Shown here: piece after piece, positions 1 through 9,624 of the stretch
Layout: the number at the start of each line of letters is the position of its first letter
Position numbering within the stretch: position 1 is the first letter of the stretch
Source of the DNA: an uncultured Chloroflexia bacterium
GTDB lineage: Bacteria > Chloroflexota > Anaerolineae > JAAYZQ01
Direction of reading: 5' to 3'
NCBI GenBank assembly: GCA_963700285.1
Contig: CAVOXA010000010.1
Coordinates: 2,016,001 to 2,080,000, forward strand
DNA: 64,000 nucleotides
The notes under the pieces: model-generated
What the model was told of the DNA's origin: nothing
The model's database searches: none
Seen by the model: the letters and a program-made list of their open reading frames with translations, nothing else
Translations under genes and position numbers: made by a program

Positions 1-874
1 AGCGAAGGTGGTGGGTGATGCGCGTCAGTCTCGTGCCAAAGACAAATGCCTCGACATCGGTATCTTTGAGGCCGTGTGTCAGCGCGTGGATAAAATGTAA
101 GAGCATGCGCGAGTAGCGTTCCATCGAGCCACTGATGTCACTCAGCACGACCAGCGGGCGGGGGCGAAAGACGCGCCGCCGGTAGGCCAGGTTGATCGGC
201 TCTCCGCCATGTCGCAGGTTGTCGCGGATCATGCGCCGTAGGTGGATATTGCCCTTGGAGTATGGTCGAATGCGGCGGGTGCGTCGTTCCCCCAGGTTCC
301 AATCCAGGCTGGCAATGGCCCGTTTGGCTTCCTGGATCTCCTCCCAGGTCATTTCGCCAAAATCTTTGTGGCGAAAGATTTCGTCAGGGCTGTAGATCAT
401 CTGTTGATCGCGCCCGCCTGCGTCGTTGCCCTCTCCGTCCTGATTGGGTTTGCCGGCCTGGCTTCCATCACCCCCCGGTTCCGTCTCTGGCTTGAAGGCA
501 GGCGTAGCAGGCAGTCTGGCGCGCTTGACCTCCGCGCCGGACTCGAGTCCCCCGTCCTGGGAAGTCTCACTATCCGTACGCCAGAAGAGATGGAATGCCT
601 GGTCAAAGACCAGCAAGTCCTCGCGGCGGTTGACCAGCAGTGCGCGGCAGGTATGGTAGAAATCGGAATGGTCGGTGATAGGTACAAACTGCAGCGCCTC
701 GACCAGGTCAAGGATCTGGCCTGTGCTCACATCCACCCCCATCACGCGGAGCATCTGCCCGAAGCGCAGCATGTGGCCCAGAAGGTGCCCTCCCCCATCG
801 CGATCGGCTTTGAAATCGGGTCCGGCACCTTTGACCGGCACTTGTCTTGGATCCTCGCCCTTTGTCTCCAGCAC
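1..874 (-). CDS. CoxE-like VWA domain protein (3' part runs off the window)
   Basis: Manual translation from GTG at 874 (GGAG upstream): ...GHLLGHMLRFGQMLRVMGVDVS...; near the window edge LVVLSDISGSMERYSRMLLHFIHAL...VEAFVFGTRLTRIT (MIDAS DxSxS). Lies directly downstream of a MoxR ATPase. Confidence 0.85.
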   Translation of the reverse strand, partial: MLETKGEDPRQVPVKGAGPDFKADRDGGGHLLGHMLRFGQMLRVMGVDVSTGQILDLVEALQFVPITDHSDFYHTCRALLVNRREDLLVFDQAFHLFWRTDSETSQDGGLESGAEVKRARLPATPAFKPETEPGGDGSQAGKPNQDGEGNDAGGRDQQMIYSPDEIFRHKDFGEMTWEEIQEAKRAIASLDWNLGERRTRRIRPYSKGNIHLRRMIRDNLRHGGEPINLAYRRRVFRPRPLVVLSDISGSMERYSRMLLHFIHALTHGLKDTDVEAFVFGTRLTRITHHLR

Positions 875-897
875 TAGTTTAGGCTCTCCATGCCAGG

Positions 898-1884
898 TCA
901 GGAGAAAGGTGACTCTTGTATCATCTGCTCCATAATCTGTTGCTTGGCCTGCTCCAACATGCGTTGGGCGTGACCATCCCGCACCAACTCAAAGTCGTCC
1001 TGGTACTTGAGCAACATCCCCAGCGTATCCTCCACCAGTGGAAGCTGCAGATCCTTTGCATCAAGGGCCACCAACGCCTCGGCCCAATCAAGGGTCTCGG
1101 CTACGCCAGGCAGCTTGTAGAGATCCAGCTCGCGCAGTTCCTGAACAAAGTGTACCAATTGGTGGGCCATAAGCTGCGGAGCGTGTGGCACCTTGAGGGT
1201 GACGATGCTGTGCTCCTTCTCCAACGAGGGGAAATCAATCCAGTGGTAGATACAGCGGCGCTTTAGCGCGTCGTGGATCTCTCGGGTGCGGTTGGAGGTG
1301 ATGACCACCACCGGCGGCTCGGCGGCCCGGATCGTGCCGACTTCGGGGATGGTAATCTGAAAGTCACTCAGAAGCTCGAGCAGAAACGCCTCAAACTCTT
1401 CGTCAGCGCGATCCAGTTCATCAATCAGCAGCACGGGAGCGACGCCGCTTTCGGTCAACTCGATAGCTCGCAGCAGTGGCCGCTTGATCAGGTACTCTTC
1501 CCCAAAAAGGTCCCGCTCGGTCTGCTCATCGATGTCGCAGCTCTGAGCCTCCAGCATGCGAATGTGAAGCAACTGCCGCGTGTAGTTCCATTCGTAGATG
1601 GTGCTGTTCACATCCAGTCCCTCGTAGCATTGGAGCCGGATGAGGGGGGCCTTCAGTACCTCAGAAAGGGTTTTGGCCACCTGGGTTTTGCCCACCCCCG
1701 CCTCGCCTTCCAGCAAGAGTGGTTTGCGCAGCTTTAGCGTCAAATAGAGCACCGTGGCCAACACTCGGTCAGTTACGTAGGCGTGCTCAAATAGGGTACG
1801 TTCAAGTTCATCAATACTCGGAAATGCTTGCGGATTCACAGTCACCTCAGACTCATCGGTCTCTTGCTTTGCAATCACGGCCAA
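898..1884 (-). CDS. MoxR-family AAA+ ATPase (CoxD-like)
   Basis: Walker A GEAGVGKT, RLQCYEGLD, Walker B LLIDELDRADEEFEAFLLE, TSNRTRE..DALKRRC. Confidence 0.92.
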   Translation of the reverse strand: MAVIAKQETDESEVTVNPQAFPSIDELERTLFEHAYVTDRVLATVLYLTLKLRKPLLLEGEAGVGKTQVAKTLSEVLKAPLIRLQCYEGLDVNSTIYEWNYTRQLLHIRMLEAQSCDIDEQTERDLFGEEYLIKRPLLRAIELTESGVAPVLLIDELDRADEEFEAFLLELLSDFQITIPEVGTIRAAEPPVVVITSNRTREIHDALKRRCIYHWIDFPSLEKEHSIVTLKVPHAPQLMAHQLVHFVQELRELDLYKLPGVAETLDWAEALVALDAKDLQLPLVEDTLGMLLKYQDDFELVRDGHAQRMLEQAKQQIMEQMIQESPFS

Positions 1885-1996
1885 CTATACAACTATCCTA
1901 TCAAGCTCCGATTATACCTCAGGCTGCACCATTCGGCAACTTGGATGCGCCTGGGGTTTGTATCGCGAAAGTTTGTAGAACCTTCGTGCCTGGCAT

Positions 1997-2024
1997 TTGA
2001 CAAAACCTAACAAGCGAGTATAAT
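1997..2024 (+). promoter_or_regulatory. Consensus sigma70-type promoter of the PadR operon
   Basis: TTGACA (1997-2002), 16-bp spacer, TATAAT (2019-2024). Confidence 0.85.
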
Positions 2025-2025
2025 A

Positions 2026-2058
2026 GCTCTGGCTATTCATAATGTGAATAACCAGAGC
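2026..2058. promoter_or_regulatory. Inverted-repeat operator, probably bound by the adjacent PadR
   Basis: GCTCTGGCTATTCAT-aat-GTGAATAACCAGAGC, 13/15 dyad match, immediately downstream of the -10 box. Confidence 0.65.
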
Positions 2059-2069
2059 CTGAACTCAGG

Positions 2070-2648
2070 ATGGGAGCTATGCCGCGCGCAACAACGGTCT
2101 CTCCGCAACCGGCCCTGCTGGGTTTGTTGATGACTGAGCCCAAGCATGGCTATGAACTGCATCAAGAATTCAACCACAACCTGGGGCGGGTTTGGGAGAT
2201 CGGGCTGAGCCAGCTCTATGCCCAGCTCAAACAGCTAGAGGAGTCTGGGTTGCTCACAGCCCAGACCGAGTCCCAGGTCAACCGCCCACCGCGCAAGGTC
2301 TACCATCTGACCTCAGAAGGCCGGAATGCGTTCTTGGACTGGGTTCGCCGGCCTACCCCGTACCTGCGCCATATCCGGGTAGAGTTTCTGGCCCGGTTGT
2401 ACTTTTACCAAAAATTATCCTTGCCTGGTCTTGAGCAACTGGTTGCCGAGCAAAAGACAGTCTGCCAGGCCCAGGCTGAACGCTTTGAATCGCTTGCGGC
2501 TGAAACCGACGATCAATACCGACGCCTGGTGCTCGAGTTCCGTCGAGGGCAGCTTGAGGCCGTCATCCAGTGGCTGGATCGCTGTCTGGAGATCTTGTGT
2601 GGACAAGGCAACCTTTCTCCGAATAAAATCAAGGAGTCAAAAGCATGA
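2070..2648 (+). CDS. PadR-family transcriptional regulator
   Basis: LLGLL...HGYEL...W....SQLYAQLKQLEESGL...PPRKVYHLTSEGR wHTH plus a C-terminal helical domain. Confidence 0.92.
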   Translation: MGAMPRATTVSPQPALLGLLMTEPKHGYELHQEFNHNLGRVWEIGLSQLYAQLKQLEESGLLTAQTESQVNRPPRKVYHLTSEGRNAFLDWVRRPTPYLRHIRVEFLARLYFYQKLSLPGLEQLVAEQKTVCQAQAERFESLAAETDDQYRRLVLEFRRGQLEAVIQWLDRCLEILCGQGNLSPNKIKESKA

Positions 2649-3771
2649 GATGTCGAAGGCTTTGTACTATGGTCAGCGCCGTGGTATTGGCAGGATTGCT
2701 CCTGGGAGCGTGCAGTAGTAGCCCCACCGAGAATGTCCAGGATTCATCCCCGGCGGTGCAGGTCAAAGATGGCGGTGGCTTGACCCTCGTCGACGCGATG
2801 GGCCGGAGCGTCGAGTTTTCCGAGTTGCCGCAGCGCGTCGTCGTCGCCGGCAAAAGCAGCCTGACCATTGTGAATACGCTTTTCCTCTTCCCCGAGGCCA
2901 AGGATCGTGTGGTCGGCCTGGTGGTTGGCAATCAAAACCCAGGCGACTTTCTTGGCTTTGTCGACCCAACCTTTGATCAGAAGACGATTCTGGAGGTCGA
3001 AGCAGGCCCGGAGCAGATTGTCCCGCTGGAGCCCGACGTGGTCATCCTGCGCAGTTTCATGGCCGACAAGCTGGGCAAACCGCTGGAGCAGCTAGACATC
3101 CCGGTGGTCTATGTGGATCTCGAGACGCCAGAGCAGTACTTCCGCGACCTGGCCACCCTGGGCCAGGTGCTTGGCAACGAGGCGCGGGCTGAGGAGATCA
3201 GGGCTTATTACCAGGCGAAACTGGACCTGGTCAACAAGAATCTAGAGGGCCTGACCGGCGAGCAGAAGCCCGAGGTTTTGCTTTTGCAGTACAGTGACCA
3301 GGGGGGTGAGGTTGCCTTCAACGTGCCCTCGGCTTCCTGGATCCAGACGATCGAGGCCGAGTTGGCTGGGGGCCAGCCACTTTGGAAGGATGCAGCCCAG
3401 AGTGGTGGCTGGACGGTGGTCAACTTGGAGCAGATCGCTGCCTGGGACCCCGACCAGGTGTTTGTCATTGACTACAAAGGCGATTCTGCCGAGATAGTGG
3501 ACCAGCTCAAAGCCGATCCCCAGTGGCAATCGCTTGGGGCCACAGAGGCGGGTGAAATCTATGGTTTCGCCTCCGATATCTTTAGCTGGGACCAGCCCGA
3601 TCCACGCTGGATTCTGGGTACATCTGGCTGGCTGGCAAGGTCCATCCTGATCGTTTCGCTGATCTGAACATGCAGCAGCAAGTCATCGAGTTTTTTGAGC
3701 AGATGTATGGAATGCCCAGGGCCTCCGTAGAGGAAAATATCCTACCCAGCCTCAAGGGGGACGTTGAGTGA
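2645..3771 (+). CDS. ABC transporter substrate-binding lipoprotein, BtuF/FecB (class III) family; apparent frameshift near 3620
   Basis: Lipobox LLGAC; TLVDAMGRSV...PQRVV; EQIVPLEPDVVI. The C-terminus continues in another frame (YIWLAGKVHPDRFADL...FFEQMYG) to TGA 3769-3771, which overlaps the next start. Confidence 0.85.
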
Positions 3772-4814
3772 CCGCAGCCCAGCGCGCCGCCGCTATTGGC
3801 GGCCAATCCAGGGCAGGGTGGCGTGCTGCCTTGTACAGGCGGCCGATGCTGATCTTGGGCTTGCTCTTTTTGCTGGTCCTGCTCCTGTCCCTGTTTGTTG
3901 GCCGCTACCCGGCCCCCTACTGGATGTCTCCTGCGACGCTGTGGGAGGACGACATGGCCCGGCAGTTGGTGCTACAGCTACGGCTGCCCCGGGTTCTGAC
4001 CGCTTGCCTGTTGGGTATGACCCTCGCGGCCTGTGGTACGGTGCTGCAGATGATCTTTCGCAACCCACTGGTCGCTCCCGGTCTCCTGGGCGTGTCGCAG
4101 GGTGCAGCCTTTGGGGCTGCTGTCAGCATCATCTTCCTGGGGGCTTCTCGCCTGCTGAGGCAGGGCGTCGCCGCGCTTTTTGCCTGTCCTGGGCCTGGCC
4201 CTCTCTTACTTTTTGGCCCGGCGCGTCCGCTATGGCGGCTGGATCCTGCGCCTGATGCTGTCGGGCATCGCTGTCTCGGCCCTGTTTTCGTCGGGTGTGG
4301 GCATGCTCAAGTACCTGGCCGATCCATTGACCGAACTGCCCGACCTGGTTTTTTGGATGCTGGGCGGGCTGTGGGGCGTCACCTGGATTGACTTTCTGTA
4401 CCTTCTTCTCCCGGTCATCGCCGGTTTGATCATCGTCTATCTGATGCGCTGGCGATTGAACCTGCTCTCTCTGGACGACGACACCGGCTTTTCGCTGGGT
4501 GCCTCGCCGGGACGGAGCGTACGCTGGTACTGGTCGCTGCCGTGGTTGCCACCGCGGCGGTGGTTTCGGTTGCCGGCGTGGTGGGCTGGATCGGCTTGCT
4601 CATCCCCCACGTGGCCCGCCGCCTGACGGGCGCCGACGCGCAGCGCTCGCTGCCGGCTTCCATCCTGCTCGGTGGCATCTTTGCTCTGGTATGCGACGAT
4701 CTGGCCCGTACGCTGCTGCCCGGCGAGATCCCTTTGGGCATCCTGACCTCCTTCTTTGGGGCGATCCTGTTCATGGCCATGATGCTGAGCAAGAACATCC
4801 GGGTACAGCGATGA
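3768..4814 (+). CDS. FecCD/BtuC-family ABC permease (split over three frames)
   Basis: QLRLPRVL...GTVLQMIFRNPLVAPGLLGVSQGAAFGA; FWMLGGL; GVVGWIGLLIPHVAR; EIPLGILTS. Confidence 0.88.
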
Positions 4815-5632
4815 GCAACCACGCGGATGACCAGACAGGATTGCACCGACCACCGCGGTCTGAGGACATGATCTCTGTTTCAGAGCTGTCCTTCAGCTAC
4901 AATGGCGCCAAGCGTACGATCCTCCACGACCTGTCCCTGGAGATTCCCGAGGCTACGATCACGGCCATCCTGGGGCCGAACGGTTCGGGAAAGACGACGC
5001 TGCTGCGGTTGCTCTTGGGCGTGCTCCGGCCTCAGCAGGGCAGAATCCTGCTGGCAGGGCAGCCCCAGGGCAGCTACTCTCGCCGCGAGATGGGCAAACT
5101 GGTCGGTCTGGTGCCCCAGGATGAGCACATCCCCTTCGATTTTTCCGTGCTAGAGTACGTGCTGCTGGGCCGGGCGCCTTACCTGGGCACCCTAGCCATG
5201 CCGGGCGAGGATGACTATCAAGCAGCCCTCGACGCCCTGCACACCACGGGGCTGTCCGGTATGGTCGCTCGCCCGCTGCCCAACCTGAGCGGCGGCGAGC
5301 GGCAATTGGCCGTCGTGGCCCGCGCCCTGGCCCAACAGCCGCGAATCCTCCTGATGGACGAGCCCACTGCCCACCTGGACCTGAGCAACCAGGGCCGGCT
5401 GTTGGCCATCATGCGTGACCTCGTCGCCCAGGGAATCACCCTGGTGCTGACCACCCACGATCCCAACCTGGCCGCCTCGGTGGCCGGCTATGCGGTTCTG
5501 ATGCGCGATGGCCAGGTTCTGGATGCGGGTCCGCCGGAAGCGACACTAACAGCCCGGAAGCTGTCCGCGACCTACGATGTGCCTGTGCAGGTCTTCCAAG
5601 TTGACGGAAGACGCATCATTCTGTTATCATGA
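4811..5632 (+). CDS. ABC transporter ATP-binding protein (FecE/BtuD type)
   Basis: ATGA overlap with the permease stop; GPNGSGKTT, LSGGERQ, LLMDEPTAHLD, THDPNLA. Confidence 0.92.
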   Translation: MSNHADDQTGLHRPPRSEDMISVSELSFSYNGAKRTILHDLSLEIPEATITAILGPNGSGKTTLLRLLLGVLRPQQGRILLAGQPQGSYSRREMGKLVGLVPQDEHIPFDFSVLEYVLLGRAPYLGTLAMPGEDDYQAALDALHTTGLSGMVARPLPNLSGGERQLAVVARALAQQPRILLMDEPTAHLDLSNQGRLLAIMRDLVAQGITLVLTTHDPNLAASVAGYAVLMRDGQVLDAGPPEATLTARKLSATYDVPVQVFQVDGRRIILLS

Positions 5633-5696
5633 CGCCTGCTTATTAGACCATGATTTGCCCACGATGAGGGCCCATGAGACTGGAGAAGCGTACGCG

Positions 5697-6707
5697 ATGA
5701 GACTGGAAAAACGAACGATCTCTGACGCCGAGGGAACCATCTTGATGCACAATATCGCCGCTGCCGATGGCAAGCGCACGCTGAAGAAAGGCATCCGGCT
5801 TGACAAAGAGGATCTGGCACAGCTGGCCGAAAGCGGGCGTCCATCGGTCGACGTCGCCGTTCTGGAGGAGGACGACGTTCACGAGGACGATGCCGCGGCG
5901 GCGCTGGCCGAAGCGATGCAGACGGAAGAGCTGTACCTCTCCCGACCATTCGGGGGACGGATCAACCTCCGTACCACGGTGGACGGCATTCTGGAGGTAG
6001 ACGCCGGCCGGCTGCTGGAAGTGAACATGCTGGCTGGCTTTGCGCTAGCAACACGCCGCCAGCACACGGTCGTCGGTCCTAGTCAGGATACGGACAATGT
6101 CGGCACCCTCAAGATCGTGCCTTACGCCGTGCGGCGTTCTGACCTGGAGCATGCCCTGGAACTGGCTGGGGCCCGGCCGGGCATTGTCGAGGTGCGCCCT
6201 TTCCAGCAGGGACGGCGGGTGGCCATGCTCTTCGTCGCCGAGCCATCGGCCCAGGACAAAACCCGCGACGAGTACCTGCCGCCGACCCAGACCCGCCTGG
6301 CGCGTTTAGGAGCCGAGGTGGTCGCCACCGAGATGGTAGACCAGGACGATGCTTCCATCGCAGATGCGGCCGCGAGGCTGGCAGCCAGTTCGGACCTGCT
6401 CATCATCGCCGGGCAGACCTCGATCATCCACGAGGATGATACGACGCTGCGCGCCCTGCGCCAAGCTGGGGCCGAGAGCACGCTCTCTGGCGCGCCGGTG
6501 GAGCCGGGCAACCTGCTGGCCCTGGCCTATTTTCCTGATACGCCGGTGCTCTGTGCGCCTGGCTGCGCCAAGGGTTTGAAACGAAACGTCGTCGACCTGG
6601 TGCTGCCCCGCCTGCTGCTGGGCGACAGGCTGGATCGCCGGGACATTGCCGCCCTGGGACTGGGTGGCTTTCTGACGGCAGCCGAGAGATCTGGGGACAT
6701 CACCTGA
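5697..6707 (+). CDS. MoeA-like molybdopterin-binding protein
   Basis: KKGIRL...LEEDDVHEDDAA...GRINL, GAPVEPGNLLALAY, CAPGCAKG...VVDLVLPRLL...ALGLGGFL; typical of the MoeA-like proteins in cox/xdh clusters. Confidence 0.8.
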   Translation: MRLEKRTISDAEGTILMHNIAAADGKRTLKKGIRLDKEDLAQLAESGRPSVDVAVLEEDDVHEDDAAAALAEAMQTEELYLSRPFGGRINLRTTVDGILEVDAGRLLEVNMLAGFALATRRQHTVVGPSQDTDNVGTLKIVPYAVRRSDLEHALELAGARPGIVEVRPFQQGRRVAMLFVAEPSAQDKTRDEYLPPTQTRLARLGAEVVATEMVDQDDASIADAAARLAASSDLLIIAGQTSIIHEDDTTLRALRQAGAESTLSGAPVEPGNLLALAYFPDTPVLCAPGCAKGLKRNVVDLVLPRLLLGDRLDRRDIAALGLGGFLTAAERSGDIT

Positions 6708-6736
6708 TACGTGGAACCCAATCCTGTCCACAAGTT

Positions 6737-7268
6737 TTTTCCGATCCAACCCAGTACCAACCCAGAGCACGACCCGTTCGTAGTAGGTGCTTCAGCGCCG
6801 TGCAGTAAGCTAAAACGCACTGAGCCAGCCACAATCCGGCCAGCGACCTTTTCCGACTCAACGCAGTATCTACCCAGAGCACGACCCGTTCGTAGTAGGC
6901 GCTTCAGCGCCGTGCAGTAAGCTAAAACGCACTGAGCCAGCCACAATCCGGCCAGCGACCTTTTCCGACTCAACGCAGTATCTACCCAGAGCACGACCCG
7001 TTCGTAGTAGGCGCTTCAGCGCCGTGCAGTAAGCCAAAACGCACTGAGCCAGCCACAATCCGGCCAGCGACCTTTTCCGACTCAACGCAGTATCTACCCA
7101 GAGCACGACCCGTTCGTAGTAGGCGCTTCAGCGCCGTGCAGTAAGCTAAAACGCACTGAGCCAGCCACAATCCGGCCAGCGACCTTTTCCGGCTCACTGC
7201 AGTATCTACCCAGAGCACGACCCGTTCGTAGTAGGCGCTTCAGCGCCGTGCAGTAAGCCAAAACGCAC
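6737..7268. repeat. Tandem array of a 112-bp unit (about 4.7 near-identical copies), REP/BIME-like
   Basis: CCCAGAGCACGACCCGTTCGTAGTAGGCGCTTCAGCGCC... starts at 6761, 6873, 6985, 7097 and 7209 (period 112); each unit has GTAG followed by the GGCGCT-TC-AGCGCC palindrome. Confidence 0.95.
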
Positions 7269-7294
7269 CGAAGCACGGCCTGGCAGGAGAAAGC

Positions 7295-8038
7295 ATGAAG
7301 TCCATCGATACATTGTTGAATAGCCTAGAGTCCGACGCCCCCGTCCGCCAGATCCTGGTTGGCGCCTTCTGGACCGCGGTCGTGCTGGATACAGAGCCTG
7401 CTCGCTGTGGCTTGGCTTCAACACTGCGGGCTGAGGACGGCGGACCCTGGCCACCGGTAACCGAGCCGGGGCGCCTACAGCAGCGAAGCGCGCGGCAGCT
7501 TGCCGAGCTGCTCCGTTCCGAGCGCATCCTGGAAGCCAGCATCGGGATGGCAGCCTTCAATGCCCTGCTGAAAGTTGACGAGTCTGCCCTGACCGAAATC
7601 AACGCCGACGAGATCATTCTGGAACGGGGAGCCGGGCGCCGTGTGGCCATTGTGGGACATTTCCCCTTCATCGAGCGGGTACGGGCCGAAGCAGCCGAGT
7701 GCTGGGTGCTGGAACGCCAGCCTGGCGCCGGAGACTTGCCCGCCGAGCAGGCCGCCGAGGTGTTGCCCCAGGCCGACGTCGTTGCCCTGACCGGTACCTC
7801 CCTGATTAACCACACCTTCGAAGAGCTGATGGCCCTTTGTCGTTCGGACGCCTTTGTCCTCTTGCTCGGTCCCAGTGCCCCCCTCACGGCCAAGCTCTTT
7901 GAGATTGGCGTGAACGCAATCAGTGGCACGCGGGTATACGACCCTGAACTCGTACTGTACTCGCTTTCGCAAGGGGCCACGTTCCGCCAGATAAAGCGTG
8001 GCGGTGGTTTGCGCCTGCTCACGTGGGTCAAGTCGTGA
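7295..8038 (+). CDS. DUF364/DUF4213 family protein (enolase-N-like plus Rossmann-like; putative metal/pterin binding)
   Basis: VGAFWTAV...CGLAST; SIGMAAFNALL; VAIVGHFPF; LPQADVVALTGTSLINHT; LLGPSAPL. Confidence 0.88.
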   Translation: MKSIDTLLNSLESDAPVRQILVGAFWTAVVLDTEPARCGLASTLRAEDGGPWPPVTEPGRLQQRSARQLAELLRSERILEASIGMAAFNALLKVDESALTEINADEIILERGAGRRVAIVGHFPFIERVRAEAAECWVLERQPGAGDLPAEQAAEVLPQADVVALTGTSLINHTFEELMALCRSDAFVLLLGPSAPLTAKLFEIGVNAISGTRVYDPELVLYSLSQGATFRQIKRGGGLRLLTWVKS

Positions 8039-8072
8039 AAGTGAGTTTGTGATTGGAGGATAAGAAAGCACG

Positions 8073-9191
8073 ATGCTAGATCTTTTGCCACAGATCCAGG
8101 ATTGGTTCGCCGCTGGGGAAAAAGTGGCCGTGGCCACGGTCATCCGTGTGGCCGGCTCGGCGCCGCGACCGGTAGGCGCGCGGATGATCGTTTCCTCTGC
8201 AGGCCGCATGGCCGGCTCGGTAAGCGGCGGTTGCGTGGAGACGACCGTTTACGAGGAGATGATGGACGTTTTGGACGGTGGCCCAGCCGCGCAAGCTGCA
8301 CTTTGGCATCACCGAGGACATGATCTGGGACGTGGGCCTGGCTTGCGGCGGGACCATCGACGTATTTGTCCAGGAACTCGATCCGGTGCTGGTCGACCAT
8401 CCTGGTAGATCACGTGGAGCAGGGGATGCCAGTGACGCTGGCCGTAGCGGTCGTCGGGGGAATCGGCGACCGGAGACTCGGTACTCGTTACCCGCAAGGG
8501 ACCGGTGCAGGGGCAAGCAGACAAACGAGTCGTCGAGGTCGCCCAGGAGATGCTGGCATGTCGCGCGCGGAGATAGGCGCCATCCACGAGATCGAGCCAG
8601 GCGCGGAGGTCTTTGTCGAGCCGTTCCTGCCGCCGCCGGTGCTGGTCATCGTCGGCGGAGTGCACGTGGCAATCCCGCTGACCCGCTTTGCCAAGGAGCT
8701 GGGCTTTTACGTGATTGTCGTCGATCCCAGGGCCAAGTTCGCCAGCCGCGAGCGATTCCCCGAGGCCGACGAGGTGCTGCTGGAATGGCCGGACGAGGCG
8801 TTGGCCCATCTGGAGGTCGACAAGGCGACTTACATCGTGCTCCTGACCCACGATCCCAAGATCGACGAGCCGACGCTGGCCGCCGCGCTCCAGACCGAGG
8901 CGGCCTACATCGGCGCCATCGGCAGCCGGGGCACCCACGCCGCGCGCTTTGAGCGCATGGCGGAATGGGACGTCACGCCGCGAGCAGCTGGCACGGGTCT
9001 ATGCCCCCATCGGCCTGGACCTGGGCGGGCGCACTCCGGAAGAGACGGCGCTGAGCATCATCGCCGAGGTGGTGGCCGTCAAGAACGGACGCAGCGGCGT
9101 CTCGCTGCGGGACAGCCGCGGCCCAATCGGCCAAGCGCCTCAATCGTGCGCGGAAAGCGAGGCGGTACGCACCTCGGAGGATGGCTCGTGA
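8073..9191 (+). CDS. xdhC: XdhC/CoxI-family molybdenum-cofactor insertion chaperone (several indels)
   Basis: ATVIRVAGSAPRPVGARM...GSVSGGCVE; WDVGLACGGTIDVFV; LTHDPKID...YIGAIGSR; APIGLDLGGRTPEETALSIIAE, spread across frames. Confidence 0.88.
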
Positions 9192-9577
9192 GCGAGATGT
9201 ACACCGACCGCCTGCTCGACCACTACCGCAATCCGCGCAACAAGGGGCGCCTGGAGTCGCCCGATCTGGCCGCGGAAGAGTACAATCCGCTGTGCGGCGA
9301 CCGGGTGACGGTCGAGGCCTCTGTGGAAGATGGGCGGATCGTCGAGGCGCGCTTTGACGGCCGGGGCTGCGCGCTTTGCCTGGGCGCGGCCTCGATCCTG
9401 ACCGAGGCGATCGAGGGCCGTACCCTCGACGAGTTGGATGGGTGGGGAAAAGACGAATTCCTGGCCGAACTCCAGTCAAGTCTGCGCCCCGCGCGGCTCA
9501 AGTGCGCGCTGCTGCCCTGGATGGCCTTTCGCCACGCGGCCTATGGCGAGACGGAGTGGCCGCTGCTGGATCGCTGA
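9188..9577 (+). CDS. SufU/IscU-type Fe-S scaffold or sulfur-transfer protein
   Basis: GTG after GGAGG; MYTDRLLDHYRNPRNKG...NPLCGD...FDGRGCALC...ARLKCALLPW. Confidence 0.88.
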   Translation: MSEMYTDRLLDHYRNPRNKGRLESPDLAAEEYNPLCGDRVTVEASVEDGRIVEARFDGRGCALCLGAASILTEAIEGRTLDELDGWGKDEFLAELQSSLRPARLKCALLPWMAFRHAAYGETEWPLLDR

Positions 9578-9624
9578 TCTGCCGGCGGCCATGGATCCAG
9601 GGACTCGCTTTAGCCAGGCTGCGC

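Noticed and set aside
5674-5708. Short direct repeat ATGAGACTGGA before the MoeA-like start
   Set aside because: Only 11 bp in two copies, one of which contains the SD; no supportable function.
6737-7268. CRISPR array or repeated small ORFs (MLWVDTALSRKR...)
   Set aside because: Units are identical over their full length (no variable spacers), no cas genes are present, and the ORFs shift frame with the 112-bp period.
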